The notes under the pieces are model-generated. The model was not told the DNA's origin, did not search any database, and worked only from the letters and a program-made list of their open reading frames with translations. DNA of 36,484 nt from an uncultured Candidatus Peribacteria bacterium (lineage in GTDB: Bacteria; Patescibacteriota; Gracilibacteria; UBA1369; UBA12470). Shown in pieces: positions 8,919-18,489 of this stretch. Each line of letters opens with the position of its first letter. The stretch's first letter is position 1. Made by a program: the position numbers and the translations under genes. The stretch spans positions 25,032-61,515 of the forward strand of contig CAZRWH010000004.1 in assembly GCA_964603905.1 (NCBI GenBank), read 5' to 3'.

Positions 8919-8948
8919 CGACCTTGCGGGGAGGTGGGGTCGTTTTTT
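8919..8948 (+). terminator. Intrinsic terminator
   Basis: CGACCTTGC-GGGGAG-GTGGGGTCG stem (with G:U pairs) then TTTTTT, between convergent genes. Confidence 0.7.
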
Positions 8949-8957
8949 AGTTAATGA

Positions 8958-9215
8958 CTAACGATCAAAATTACATTTAAGACAAATCAACGAAATAGTC
9001 ATAAGAAGCGTAATCCCGCTCATAACAACTAGGGATATGCTATTTATGTAATAACCGTAAGTTATCCACAAAATTTGTCCTCCCAAATTAATCAAAGTCC
9101 ACAGTATAGAAATGTCTCGTGTAGATTTGCTGCGCCAACATTTAATTACTTGAGGGAGAAGTGATATCGCTACAAGAGCTCCTGCAGCGAAGCCTATTAG
9201 TTCAACGGTGTTCAT
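8958..9215 (-). CDS. SemiSWEET / PQ-loop family transporter
   Basis: 85 aa, three TMs, LLPQVIKCWRSKSTRDIS, LWITYG. Confidence 0.88.
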   Translation of the reverse strand: MNTVELIGFAAGALVAISLLPQVIKCWRSKSTRDISILWTLINLGGQILWITYGYYINSISLVVMSGITLLMTISLICLKCNFDR

Positions 9216-9233
9216 ATGGTAGAGTGTTTAAAA

Positions 9234-11024
9234 TTATTCAAGGACCGCCTTGATCCTTCTGACGCCTGCACTGGATGACTGTTCTTTTTTGATGCGGAAT
9301 TTTCCGAGGCCACCAGTTTTATCAGCGTGTGGACCTCCACAAATCTCTTTTGATGCGTCGCCCATGGTGTAAACCTTCACGACGTCACCATACCTTTCTC
9401 CAAAAACTCCGACAGCACCTTGTTCTTTTGCTTCATCAGGTGTCATTTCTGTGCAAGAAATTTCTAGATCAGCCTCGATCCATTCATTTACGATTTGAGT
9501 AACTTGCTCCTTCTCTTCGTCGGTCATCTTTTCGCCGTGAGAAAAATCAAAACGCAATCGCTCAGCAGTGATGTTCGAACCTTTTTGGTAAACATGGTCG
9601 CCAAGCACCTGACGTAACGCTGCCAAAAGAAGATGAGTCGCAGTATGAAGATTGGCTGTCGCCTCACTGTCATCCTGAAGTCCACCCTTGAATTTTTGTT
9701 CAGCACCAGCACGTGACATTTCTTGGTGTTTCGCAAAAGCCTGGCAAAAACCTTCTTCATCGACAGTCATGTCATTCTCACGAGCAAGATCTTTTGTCAT
9801 TTCAAGAGGGAATCCGTAAGTGTCATAAAGTTTGAATGCAAGTCGACCGCTGATAGTTGTTTGATTGTGCTCAAGCAGCTTTCCAGCAATCTTTTGGAAC
9901 TCTTTTTCTCCTTGGTCGAGGGTTCGACAAAATTTAGCTTCTTCTTGCTCAAGAGTATTTAAAATATGATCGCTTTGATCTTTAAGCTCAGGATAAATTT
10001 CAATAAATTTCTCTGCAACATCACGCAGGCTATTGTTAACTCCAATTTTGCGCATATAGCGAAGTGCACGACGAATTAAACGACGCAAAACATAGCCTTG
10101 ATCGGTGTTAGATGGAGTAACTCCACGAGGATCTCCTATTACAAAAACAGCAGCACGCAAGTGGTCCGCAATTACACGTTCAGCCTCAACATTAGTTTCA
10201 GACCCCACTTCTCTCAACCAGTCAATAACAGAAGAAAAAAGCTCAGTTTCGTAATGTGTCGCCGCTCCTTGCATCAATGCGGTTACACGTTCAACTCCAA
10301 GCCCAGTGTCGACATTCATTTGCGAAAGTGGCTCAAAATTCCCCTCCGCAGTTTTGTTGTACTGCATGAAAACATTGTTCCAAATCTCAACATATTTTCC
10401 GCAGTCACAATCAACCCCTTTGGTCGCACATTCCTCGCAAGTTTCTTCTTTTACTTGATAAAAAATTTCAGTATCAGGCCCGCAAGGTCCTGTTTGTCCA
10501 GCAGGTCCCCACCAGTTTTCTTTTTTTCCGTAAAACCAAATTCTTTTAGGTCCAATACCTTCATTTTCAGCCCTAACAAATCCAAGCTCTTCCCAGTAAC
10601 CCGCAGACTCTTCATCTCGAGGAGCATCGTCATCTCCTGCGAAACAGCTGACATTGATTTTTTCAGGATCAAGTCCGAGTCCACTCTCTTTATCAGTCAA
10701 AAATTCGAAGCTCATTTCGATAGCTTCTTTTTTGAAATAGTCGCCAAGGCTCCAGTTCCCCAGCATCTCAAAAAAAGTACAGTGAGTATCGTCTCCAACC
10801 TCGTCAATGTCATCCGTACGAATACATTTTTGGCAATTTACCAGCCTCTTGCCAGCAGGATGAGACTCTCCCATAAGGTATGGCACAAGTGGGTGCATTC
10901 CCGCAGTTGTGAATAAAACAGTCGGATCGTTCTCTGGTATCAAGGACGCGCCAGCAATCTCTTTGTGCGCATGCCGTGAAACAAAAAATTCAATGTACTT
11001 TCGTTTTAATTCGGAGGCTTTCAT
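9234..11024 (-). CDS. alaS: Alanine--tRNA ligase (short form)
   Basis: LFTTAGMHPL, QKCIRT, FFEMLGNWSLGDYFK, GPCGPDTEI, LYDTYGFP, editing HTATHLL..CGGPH, GVRRIKA. Confidence 0.96.
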   Translation of the reverse strand: MKASELKRKYIEFFVSRHAHKEIAGASLIPENDPTVLFTTAGMHPLVPYLMGESHPAGKRLVNCQKCIRTDDIDEVGDDTHCTFFEMLGNWSLGDYFKKEAIEMSFEFLTDKESGLGLDPEKINVSCFAGDDDAPRDEESAGYWEELGFVRAENEGIGPKRIWFYGKKENWWGPAGQTGPCGPDTEIFYQVKEETCEECATKGVDCDCGKYVEIWNNVFMQYNKTAEGNFEPLSQMNVDTGLGVERVTALMQGAATHYETELFSSVIDWLREVGSETNVEAERVIADHLRAAVFVIGDPRGVTPSNTDQGYVLRRLIRRALRYMRKIGVNNSLRDVAEKFIEIYPELKDQSDHILNTLEQEEAKFCRTLDQGEKEFQKIAGKLLEHNQTTISGRLAFKLYDTYGFPLEMTKDLARENDMTVDEEGFCQAFAKHQEMSRAGAEQKFKGGLQDDSEATANLHTATHLLLAALRQVLGDHVYQKGSNITAERLRFDFSHGEKMTDEEKEQVTQIVNEWIEADLEISCTEMTPDEAKEQGAVGVFGERYGDVVKVYTMGDASKEICGGPHADKTGGLGKFRIKKEQSSSAGVRRIKAVLE

Positions 11025-11057
11025 GTTGTAGTTGGAATATTAAAAAAATGCCTCAAA

Positions 11058-11086
11058 AGTCTACTGGAAGATCAGGTTTAGAGCAA
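11058..11086 (-). promoter_or_regulatory. Putative sigma70 promoter for alaS
   Basis: Minus strand TTGCTC-17nt-TAGACT. Confidence 0.45.
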
Positions 11087-11087
11087 G

Positions 11088-11483
11088 TTAGGCTGTATTG
11101 CGATGCGCTATTTCAAGTGCTCTTCTAAGTTCATCAAGTCCGGTGCCGGTGCCCATGAAGTTTGAAGCAAGATCTCTAAGCTCATCGAGCGTTTGCCCTC
11201 GAAAACAACCTTGGAAAGTGTCGGTTGTACGCAATCTTTGCAAAACAAGCTCAGGATCACGGCCTCCAAATATTTCGCAAACAATTCCTTCGATCTGAAA
11301 AGCTCGATCAGTGAGTTCAGTTTCGTTTGGGTGCAGCGTAGGGACATAGTCAGCTATAGTAGCAAGGCAGCCAATATTATCCCTTACAAGTGCAGAGACA
11401 GCGATTCCCACAGGATCACAAGCTTGCCATTCAAAGCTTAGCTTTTTAAAGTCTACACCAGGACTTTGAGAAGGAGAGTTCAT
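11088..11483 (-). CDS. Hypothetical protein
   Basis: 131-aa ORF co-oriented with neighbours; no family recognised. Confidence 0.65.
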   Translation of the reverse strand: MNSPSQSPGVDFKKLSFEWQACDPVGIAVSALVRDNIGCLATIADYVPTLHPNETELTDRAFQIEGIVCEIFGGRDPELVLQRLRTTDTFQGCFRGQTLDELRDLASNFMGTGTGLDELRRALEIAHRNTA

Positions 11484-11516
11484 AAAGTTGTTGTTAAATC
11501 AGGAACCGATCATACC

Positions 11517-12380
11517 CTAAAGCACAACACTCCTCAATCTTTTCGCAATTTGCCTCGAAGTACGACCAATAGTTGCGGTGCTCAAAGACTCTCTAGTTGG
11601 CAGTTCGTTCTTTTTATGAATCAACTCCAAGAAGACAGGGAAAAGTTCATCAAATATTGAATGGTCGTCTCCAGCAAGTTCTTTGATTTTTAAAAACCGT
11701 GTAAGCAAGCTAGGTTCGCAAGGGGCATCTTCTCCATACAATAGAAAGTCTTCCTCGCTAGGACCCCCAACAACCTCACACCAAAAACTTTCAAAATCTT
11801 CAATCTCGCGCTTCCCACGCAAAGCCGAAACCATCAAAGGTTTCAAAACCAAATCATCAAAAGCATTAGCCCAAGCTGGATCTTCTTCCCAAAGCCCCTC
11901 CTCATTAAGCCTCAAGCTATAAAGCTCCCAGCCACGTTTCAAATTTTCAATATTGTCGAAATAAGTATATTCGCGATCTCCTTCCGGATTTCCATCATGA
12001 ATCAACTGGTGCAATTGCACAGCAGATTGAACCATAGACGCAATAATATCTGTCCGCACAGATGGATTTAATTCTTTGATGTCGTTGGTCATCTTCTTTA
12101 CATCATGGACTCCGGTCGTCATCAAATATTTTGGATCAAAAACCATAGAGACTAGAGCATAAGCAACTTTCTCGCTGAAGCATCCAAGTATCTCAGTCAC
12201 TGACGGGTCTAGTTGCGGCCTAGGTCTTTTTCCGCGTTTCATGTTCGACAAATCAACCATAATTCTTGCTACACTTTTTGGAATGTGTTTGTTGAGAGCG
12301 TGAATATGGCCCTCCTCAACGCTGGATTTGATGGCGCGAGGATCTACGATTGTATTAACTATTTCGGGGTGAATACGCAT
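11517..12380 (-). CDS. Hypothetical protein
   Basis: 287-aa ORF with an upstream TTGATT-16nt-TAAAAT promoter-like site; no family recognised. Confidence 0.8.
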   Translation of the reverse strand: MRIHPEIVNTIVDPRAIKSSVEEGHIHALNKHIPKSVARIMVDLSNMKRGKRPRPQLDPSVTEILGCFSEKVAYALVSMVFDPKYLMTTGVHDVKKMTNDIKELNPSVRTDIIASMVQSAVQLHQLIHDGNPEGDREYTYFDNIENLKRGWELYSLRLNEEGLWEEDPAWANAFDDLVLKPLMVSALRGKREIEDFESFWCEVVGGPSEEDFLLYGEDAPCEPSLLTRFLKIKELAGDDHSIFDELFPVFLELIHKKNELPTRESLSTATIGRTSRQIAKRLRSVVL

Positions 12381-12440
12381 ATTTTAAAAAAAACACAGTA
12401 CGAAAGCCCATTTTACTGATTTGTAAGCGAAAATCAAGGC

Positions 12441-12848
12441 TTAATAGCCATGTGGGAACGGCATATAAATCAATGCGTCCCGCATAGCAAATCGAAATGC
12501 GTCTGGGTTTCGTGGAAGCATCATGTCTCCTTCCAAATATTGTTGTAGTTTTCTTGCAAAAATTTGATGCAATTGAGCTTCATTATGGGCAAAAACATCT
12601 TTGGCATCAGCTTTGACTCGCGGAATAACCAACTCAACCAATTCTGCCAAATAACGAACGTGCGGAACAATCGAAGGATGTAGTCGTAAATCTTCTATTG
12701 GTGCACCAGCAGCAATAAATCCACCGACAGAATTACCATTTAGTAGTTCTTTTGTTGCCACAGGATCGTTAATCAAAATCCAAGCTAGAACTTCAGGACG
12801 GTCAGACGTTTCAAGAGATGTAGTAGTAGGAGCAGAGGATGGGCGCAT
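12441..12848 (-). CDS. Hypothetical protein
   Basis: 135-aa ORF starting 11 nt after the 677-aa gene; S/T/P-rich N-terminus. Confidence 0.7.
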   Translation of the reverse strand: MRPSSAPTTTSLETSDRPEVLAWILINDPVATKELLNGNSVGGFIAAGAPIEDLRLHPSIVPHVRYLAELVELVIPRVKADAKDVFAHNEAQLHQIFARKLQQYLEGDMMLPRNPDAFRFAMRDALIYMPFPHGY

Positions 12849-12859
12849 AAATATTTTAA

Positions 12860-14893
12860 TTAAAGTCCAAGTTTAGAACGGCAAACAGCAACAAATTCCT
12901 CCGGGCTTAAAGCAGGTTGGTCGGTTGCCATGATTAAATCAAAGAAAGCTTGTTGGATGACATGATAAGAAGCCGTAGGTTGTCCAAATTCTCTGCGCAA
13001 TTGTTTAATATCCTCTTCGGCAGCAACAACAGCTAGAGCTTTTTCAAAAAGTAACGAGTGTCCGTGAGGAATTGCCATGACCGCTGTTGTAATATTTCCA
13101 TTTCGGTCTGGAACATTTGTGAATACAGCTTTATGAAGTGCAGTTGCTTGTTGAATTGTAGGTCTAAAGATCACATCCAGTTGTTCGTCTTCAAGTCCAG
13201 CCTCCTTAGCAAGAGACGCAAAAGTTTCCATGAACTGATTTGTGTTGTAAATTCTTATGCCGCCATCGAGTAGTACCTTCATCGTTTCTACAAAGATAGG
13301 CATAACTTTATCTTCTCCTAGTTCAGCAGACAGTGCTCGGATATTTGGAGTAACGTCGTTTGCAATGTCCAGTTTTTCTGCAAGGCTTTCAATATTGCAT
13401 CGTGTTCTACGCAAGGCATCACGGAATGGGTTGCTAAGCGACGTGCGCAGACGTTCATCAAGTAGGATACGAGTCAATTTCTCAACCATTGCGTCGTCAA
13501 GAAATCTCTCAGAAGGGAATGCCCATTCAAGGTTTTTCTCAAGCAAAGCCATGAACTCTTCGGAAGGGTTGTCCGATTTGAGAGGTGTGCTACCTGTCAA
13601 AATTCCTCTAATAGTTGGCAGCATTACAGTATTTCGGAAATTGAGTGCGCGGTCTTCCATCTCAGCGATCTCATCTTTGTTAGCAATTCGAGCAGCAACT
13701 ACCAGCGCCAAACGCTCGGTAAAAATCGTGCGGTACTCATTAGGTATAGGCATAAGGGCATTCTCCAAAAACCAAGTACTAGATTCGTATGAGTCTAAAG
13801 CGTAAAAAACAAGCGCCTCAATAAGATTTGCATCAACTTTTAGATCCCAAGACTCTTCGGTTGGCGTGACTTTCGTAAACAAGTGCTCATCCAAAAAATC
13901 AGCAGTTGTCCCTGCGTCTCTAGGAGATCTTACGAAAGTTGAGACAGAATCGGAAATCCCCTGCAACGAATCACGCGTAGCATTTTTAGCAGAATGCATC
14001 GCATAAAGAGCAGGATACGCCTCTATCAAAACTTCAGCTTTCTCTCGCAAAACTGAGGAGTCCCCAGGCAAATTTTCAACATAAGAAAGAAGGTCAGAAT
14101 CACGACTCTGGTCTTCATTCCAAAAACTCACAAATATTCCACTAGCTTGAGCGTGAGTTGGAAGGAAAATAAAACGCACAGACTCTTCTCTAACACCACG
14201 AGCGTTGGCAAATTCAGCAAAAGCAATTGCAAACTCTTGCGAGTTGCGAATTCTAGCTCCTCCACCAAGAAGAAACCTAACTGTGTCATCAAATGCAGCT
14301 CTTGCTTTGGCAGCTTCGTCTGGACGATCCATCAATAACAGGTCCATATTGTCGAGAAGCTCTTTTACTATGTTGATTTTTCTTCGTACTCCGGCACCTT
14401 GATTCATATCAAGTCCCAGATGTCTAACTGCATGACTAAGGCTAGATCCTTGTTGGTGAGGCATACAGCGCCACCGAAGCAATATATCTGCAATTGCATT
14501 TGAGGCAGCATCATCAACAACATATTCACTTGGATAGCAAGCTTCAACTCCGTCCGCAAGCATGCCAAGAAGATGCTCAGACTTAGGCTCCGGCAAAACT
14601 ACAGTGCCTGTCATGATATTGGTCAGTACCGGCTCAAGTATCATGTCTCGAAATCCGATCGAAAGCTCCTCTAGTACTCGGATGTCATCCTCAATTTCTC
14701 TTACAACTTGCAGCATATCAGCAATCCTAGTCTTAATTTCTTGATTCCCATCTCGAGGTTCAAGCATTCTTTGAACATATTCATCATCAAGGTTGTCATA
14801 ATGAGAAGCGATAACGCTTGCAAATCCAGAGACCTTGCTGCGTTCCAAGAAATCACTTAGTTGATCATTACCTCCAGGAGTTTGTATAGACAT
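12860..14893 (-). CDS. Hypothetical protein made of two tandem ~338-aa repeats
   Basis: Paired motifs FRDMILEP/FRNTVMLP, YPSEYVVDDA/FPSERFLDDA, LLGGGARIRN/LLDGGIRIYN, IFLPTHAQA/IFRPTIQQA. Confidence 0.85.
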   Translation of the reverse strand: MSIQTPGGNDQLSDFLERSKVSGFASVIASHYDNLDDEYVQRMLEPRDGNQEIKTRIADMLQVVREIEDDIRVLEELSIGFRDMILEPVLTNIMTGTVVLPEPKSEHLLGMLADGVEACYPSEYVVDDAASNAIADILLRWRCMPHQQGSSLSHAVRHLGLDMNQGAGVRRKINIVKELLDNMDLLLMDRPDEAAKARAAFDDTVRFLLGGGARIRNSQEFAIAFAEFANARGVREESVRFIFLPTHAQASGIFVSFWNEDQSRDSDLLSYVENLPGDSSVLREKAEVLIEAYPALYAMHSAKNATRDSLQGISDSVSTFVRSPRDAGTTADFLDEHLFTKVTPTEESWDLKVDANLIEALVFYALDSYESSTWFLENALMPIPNEYRTIFTERLALVVAARIANKDEIAEMEDRALNFRNTVMLPTIRGILTGSTPLKSDNPSEEFMALLEKNLEWAFPSERFLDDAMVEKLTRILLDERLRTSLSNPFRDALRRTRCNIESLAEKLDIANDVTPNIRALSAELGEDKVMPIFVETMKVLLDGGIRIYNTNQFMETFASLAKEAGLEDEQLDVIFRPTIQQATALHKAVFTNVPDRNGNITTAVMAIPHGHSLLFEKALAVVAAEEDIKQLRREFGQPTASYHVIQQAFFDLIMATDQPALSPEEFVAVCRSKLGL

Positions 14894-14964
14894 AATTTTT
14901 TATTTAAAAAAACAGGAGCGCATAATAACAAGTATAGGTTGTTGGGAGCAAGGTGTTTTAATCG

Positions 14965-17091
14965 CTAATCAACCTTCCTAGCCCTCAAGCTATTTCCAAC
15001 AACGCTTACTGAGCTCGCGCTCATAGCAATGCTTCCAAAAATAGGCTGAAGGAACCCGAGAGCGGCAACAGGTACAAACACGACGTTGTAAACGAACGCC
15101 CAGAATAGATTCTGTTTGATGATTCGGTATGTTTTTCGTGAAAGTTTGATTGCGGAGACAACCTTATGGGGGTCACCTTGTACTAGGACCATGTCGCCTG
15201 TTTCGATGGCAACATCGGTGCCGGTGCCGATTGCAATTCCAAGGTCAGATTGAGCAAGAGCAGGAGCGTCATTGATTCCGTCGCCAACAAATGCAACGAA
15301 TTTCCCATCCTTCTGAAGTTTTTTGACCACATCAGCTTTCTCCCCTGGTAGGACGTCAGCAAAATAAGAATCTATGCCAAGTTCTGCGCTGATTGCGGAG
15401 GCTGTTTTTTCGTTATCTCCGGTTAAAAGAGCGACTTCTATGCCCATAGAATGCAATTCGTCGACTGCACGTTTAGAGGTCTCTTTGGCCGAGTCGCTAA
15501 GGGCAAAAACACCAACAATTTGGTTCCCGTGTGAAACGTACGAAACCGTATTCCCGGCAGATGCGAATTTTTCACCAGCCTCTTTGAATTTTTCTGTGAT
15601 TTTGACACCAGACTGCTCCATCAGCTTGGCATTCCCGAGCGCGAGAGTTGTTTTGTGAGCCTTGCATTTTGCAGTGAGCCCCATTCCGCCTTTTTCTTTG
15701 AACTCGATTAATTCGGTGAAGTCAGCCTTTTTATCGGTAGCATATTGTCCGATTGCCTGTGAAAGTGGGTGGTGGGAATTTTTGACTAGGCTGTGGCTGA
15801 TTTTTAAAAATTTTGTTTCGGGAAAATTATCGACAAAAGTATCTGTTACCCGTGGCTTCCCTTCTGTTAAAGTGCCAGTTTTGTCAAAAATAACAGCGTC
15901 AACTTTTCCAGACTTCTCAAGAGTTTCTCCGTCCTTAATTAGAACACCAATATTGGCCCCAGTACCGGATGCAACCATGATTGCTGTAGGAGTTGCAAGC
16001 CCGAGAGCACAAGGACATGCAATGATTAAGACCGCAACGGTCGGGAGAATGCTGGATTCAATATCTCCTGTGATCAAATACCAAGAAACAAAAGTTATTG
16101 CAGAAATCGCCATGATAACAGGTACAAAAATGCCGGCAACTTTGTCAGCCAAATGCTGGATAGGGGCTTTTGAACTTTGCGCATTTTCGACCATTTGGAT
16201 GATGCGAGATAGTACAGTGTCAGCACCAGTTTTGGTGACTCGAACCTGGAGAGTGCCGTCAAGATTGATGGTTGAGCCAAAAACCTCACTACCAATGTTT
16301 TTGTAAACAGGCATGCTTTCACCGGTTAGCATAGCTTCATCAAGACTTGCTTCTCCTTCGATGATTTCGCCGTCGAGAGGTACTTTTTCACCGCTTCGCA
16401 CAAGGACGACGTCTCCAGGATTTAGGTCATCTATATCAACCTTTTCTTCTTTCCCCGCATTAATACGAGTAGCTTTTTTTACCTGCAATTCAAGAAGTTT
16501 TTTTATCGCCTGGCTGGCTTTTCCTTTGCTTTTATATTCAAACCATTTACCAAGATTTATAAAAACAATAATCAGGACAGCTGTCTCGAAATAAACGTGT
16601 TTTCCTACAAAAAACGCCCAAATACTATAAAAAAGAGCAGCCAACGTACCAATACTTATAAGGCTGTCCATGTTGAACTGTAGATGTCTCAGTTTTTTAA
16701 GAAAGCTGATGTGAAAATGTCTCCCAGCAACCAAAACAACAAATATAGACAGGATCATGGACACGAAATTTAGCTCGCGCGAATCCATAAAAAACATAGT
16801 CATGGCAACAGGGACAGCAAGCACAGCAGAAGTCAAGAAACGCCGAAAATATCTTTTCGCCAAATCTGGTTGTTTTTCATTGTCGTCAACAACACTGTAT
16901 CCCGCGCTTTTGACCGCTTTTGAAATATCTTCAAAAGAGATTTTGTTTTCGTCGAACTCGACATAAGCTTTTCCGTTAGCGTAATTGACGTTCACGCTTT
17001 TAACACCGTCGAGATCTGTTAAAACGTGTTCGTTGATCTTGGCACAACTTGCGCAAGTCATCCCGGATATTTTGAAGTTTATTTTTTTCAT
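14965..17091 (-). CDS. copA: Copper-translocating P1B-type ATPase
   Basis: GMTCASC metal-binding domain, TGES, CPCALGLATP, DKTGTLT, GDGINDAP, YN and MxxSS TM ligands. Confidence 0.93.
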   Translation of the reverse strand: MKKINFKISGMTCASCAKINEHVLTDLDGVKSVNVNYANGKAYVEFDENKISFEDISKAVKSAGYSVVDDNEKQPDLAKRYFRRFLTSAVLAVPVAMTMFFMDSRELNFVSMILSIFVVLVAGRHFHISFLKKLRHLQFNMDSLISIGTLAALFYSIWAFFVGKHVYFETAVLIIVFINLGKWFEYKSKGKASQAIKKLLELQVKKATRINAGKEEKVDIDDLNPGDVVLVRSGEKVPLDGEIIEGEASLDEAMLTGESMPVYKNIGSEVFGSTINLDGTLQVRVTKTGADTVLSRIIQMVENAQSSKAPIQHLADKVAGIFVPVIMAISAITFVSWYLITGDIESSILPTVAVLIIACPCALGLATPTAIMVASGTGANIGVLIKDGETLEKSGKVDAVIFDKTGTLTEGKPRVTDTFVDNFPETKFLKISHSLVKNSHHPLSQAIGQYATDKKADFTELIEFKEKGGMGLTAKCKAHKTTLALGNAKLMEQSGVKITEKFKEAGEKFASAGNTVSYVSHGNQIVGVFALSDSAKETSKRAVDELHSMGIEVALLTGDNEKTASAISAELGIDSYFADVLPGEKADVVKKLQKDGKFVAFVGDGINDAPALAQSDLGIAIGTGTDVAIETGDMVLVQGDPHKVVSAIKLSRKTYRIIKQNLFWAFVYNVVFVPVAALGFLQPIFGSIAMSASSVSVVGNSLRARKVD

Positions 17092-17126
17092 ACTGATTAG
17101 TTGTTATCTGTTAAATATAATTCCAT

Positions 17127-17168
17127 CACTAACCACTGTCCACTGTTCACTGTCCACTAACCACTATC
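17127..17168. repeat. Heptamer tandem array
   Basis: CACTAAC CACTGTC CACTGTT CACTGTC CACTAAC CACTATC, spanning the stop codon of 17147..18487. Confidence 0.85.
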
Positions 17169-18487
17169 TTCCCGCCTACCATCCCCATCCAGCAGCTAAA
17201 GACAAGTTCGCCAGATTCGGTAGGGGTAAACTCAATGATGTTTTCGCCAGCCTTCAACTCTTTGGAAATGCCAAGTTTTGGCACAATAATTTCCGAAATA
17301 CATCCCGACACATTGACACCTTCGATGATCCAGCGAACAGGGGTGTCTTTTTGGACAACAAAATAGTTAGGCTCAAAACCCCAGTCGGCGACCATGTAAA
17401 TTTCTTGATAGCCGTCTTCATTAATTGTTATTTCTATGTTTTCAGTGTCAGTAGGAGAGAGGCTTAAGTCGAATCCGAGAAGTGTCGCCCCATTATTGAA
17501 AGAATAAAGCGCAAAGAAAATAATCAAAACACCTATTATCTTCTTGAAAAATGTAGCCTTTAAATCCTTTGCATAACTGCTGCCAATTCCAAGTCCAAGA
17601 AGGACTGGCATAGTTCCAAGCGCAAAAGCACCCATTGTCAACGCTCCAGGGACGAATCCACCAGAGGCAACAGATGCAAGTTGAACACTTTGAGTGAATC
17701 CACAGGGTAGAAAGAAGGTAAGCGCACCTAGTAAAAATGGAGCAGCTTTATGCTCGGTCTTTTGGAGAATCTCAATTTTGGTGGCAAATCGTCTTGGCAT
17801 ATGAAACCCAAGTTTTGTGATGCTTGGTACGATATTTAAAATTTGTAGACCGATATAAAACATCACAGCGGCAACGATAAATGGAATATACCCTGTAAAA
17901 GAAAACGAAAAGCTGAAGAACTGTCCCAGTGCACCCAGAAGTCCGCCAAGAACGATGAAAGTTCCGAGTCTGCCGACATGAAAAAAGGCATGAGGCCTAA
18001 AGTGAGAGAATAGATTGTGTCCAGGAGTAGAATCTATCTCATAGCTGGTTCCAAAGCTAATAACTATTCCTCCAACAAGAGCCAAGCAGGTTGATACAGA
18101 TGCAATTAAACCAAGCAATAACGCAACTCCAACACTTGCTGTGTCTCCAACCTCAGGGAAGTAGCTATTAATCTGAAAATCCTTCAGTAAAGAAATGACA
18201 AAAATTAGTGATAGGGCAATAGTAGCGATCTGGAAATAATCTTGAATTGAGTTGCCTTTTTTTACTTCTTCAGTCGCAGTATTAGCAGCAGAATAACCTG
18301 CGTCGGAGATAGCATTATTTACCTGCATTTCTAGCTGATTGCTTTTGAGAGTTACATCTATGGTTCCCTTTTTATGGCAGACAGAATGTATTTTTACTCC
18401 ATCGATTTTTTTAAGATTTTGACTGACCAAGACTTCACAGCTAATGCAGTGCATTCCCTCTATGTAGAAGGTTTTTCTATGGGTCAT
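17147..18487 (-). CDS. HMA + DsbD_2/TauE-like membrane domain + cupredoxin fusion (copper homeostasis)
   Basis: GMHCISC; STCLALVGG, FHVGRL, FFLPCGFTQ; C-terminal GCISEI..FSCWMGM. Confidence 0.85.
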   Translation of the reverse strand: MTHRKTFYIEGMHCISCEVLVSQNLKKIDGVKIHSVCHKKGTIDVTLKSNQLEMQVNNAISDAGYSAANTATEEVKKGNSIQDYFQIATIALSLIFVISLLKDFQINSYFPEVGDTASVGVALLLGLIASVSTCLALVGGIVISFGTSYEIDSTPGHNLFSHFRPHAFFHVGRLGTFIVLGGLLGALGQFFSFSFSFTGYIPFIVAAVMFYIGLQILNIVPSITKLGFHMPRRFATKIEILQKTEHKAAPFLLGALTFFLPCGFTQSVQLASVASGGFVPGALTMGAFALGTMPVLLGLGIGSSYAKDLKATFFKKIIGVLIIFFALYSFNNGATLLGFDLSLSPTDTENIEITINEDGYQEIYMVADWGFEPNYFVVQKDTPVRWIIEGVNVSGCISEIIVPKLGISKELKAGENIIEFTPTESGELVFSCWMGMVGGKIVVSGQ

Positions 18488-18489
18488 AA

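Noticed and set aside
10098-10916. 272-aa + strand ORF and similar antisense ORFs (e.g. 3129..3734, 6093..6674, 15662..16306)
   Set aside because: They lie opposite well-supported genes and have no recognisable motifs.
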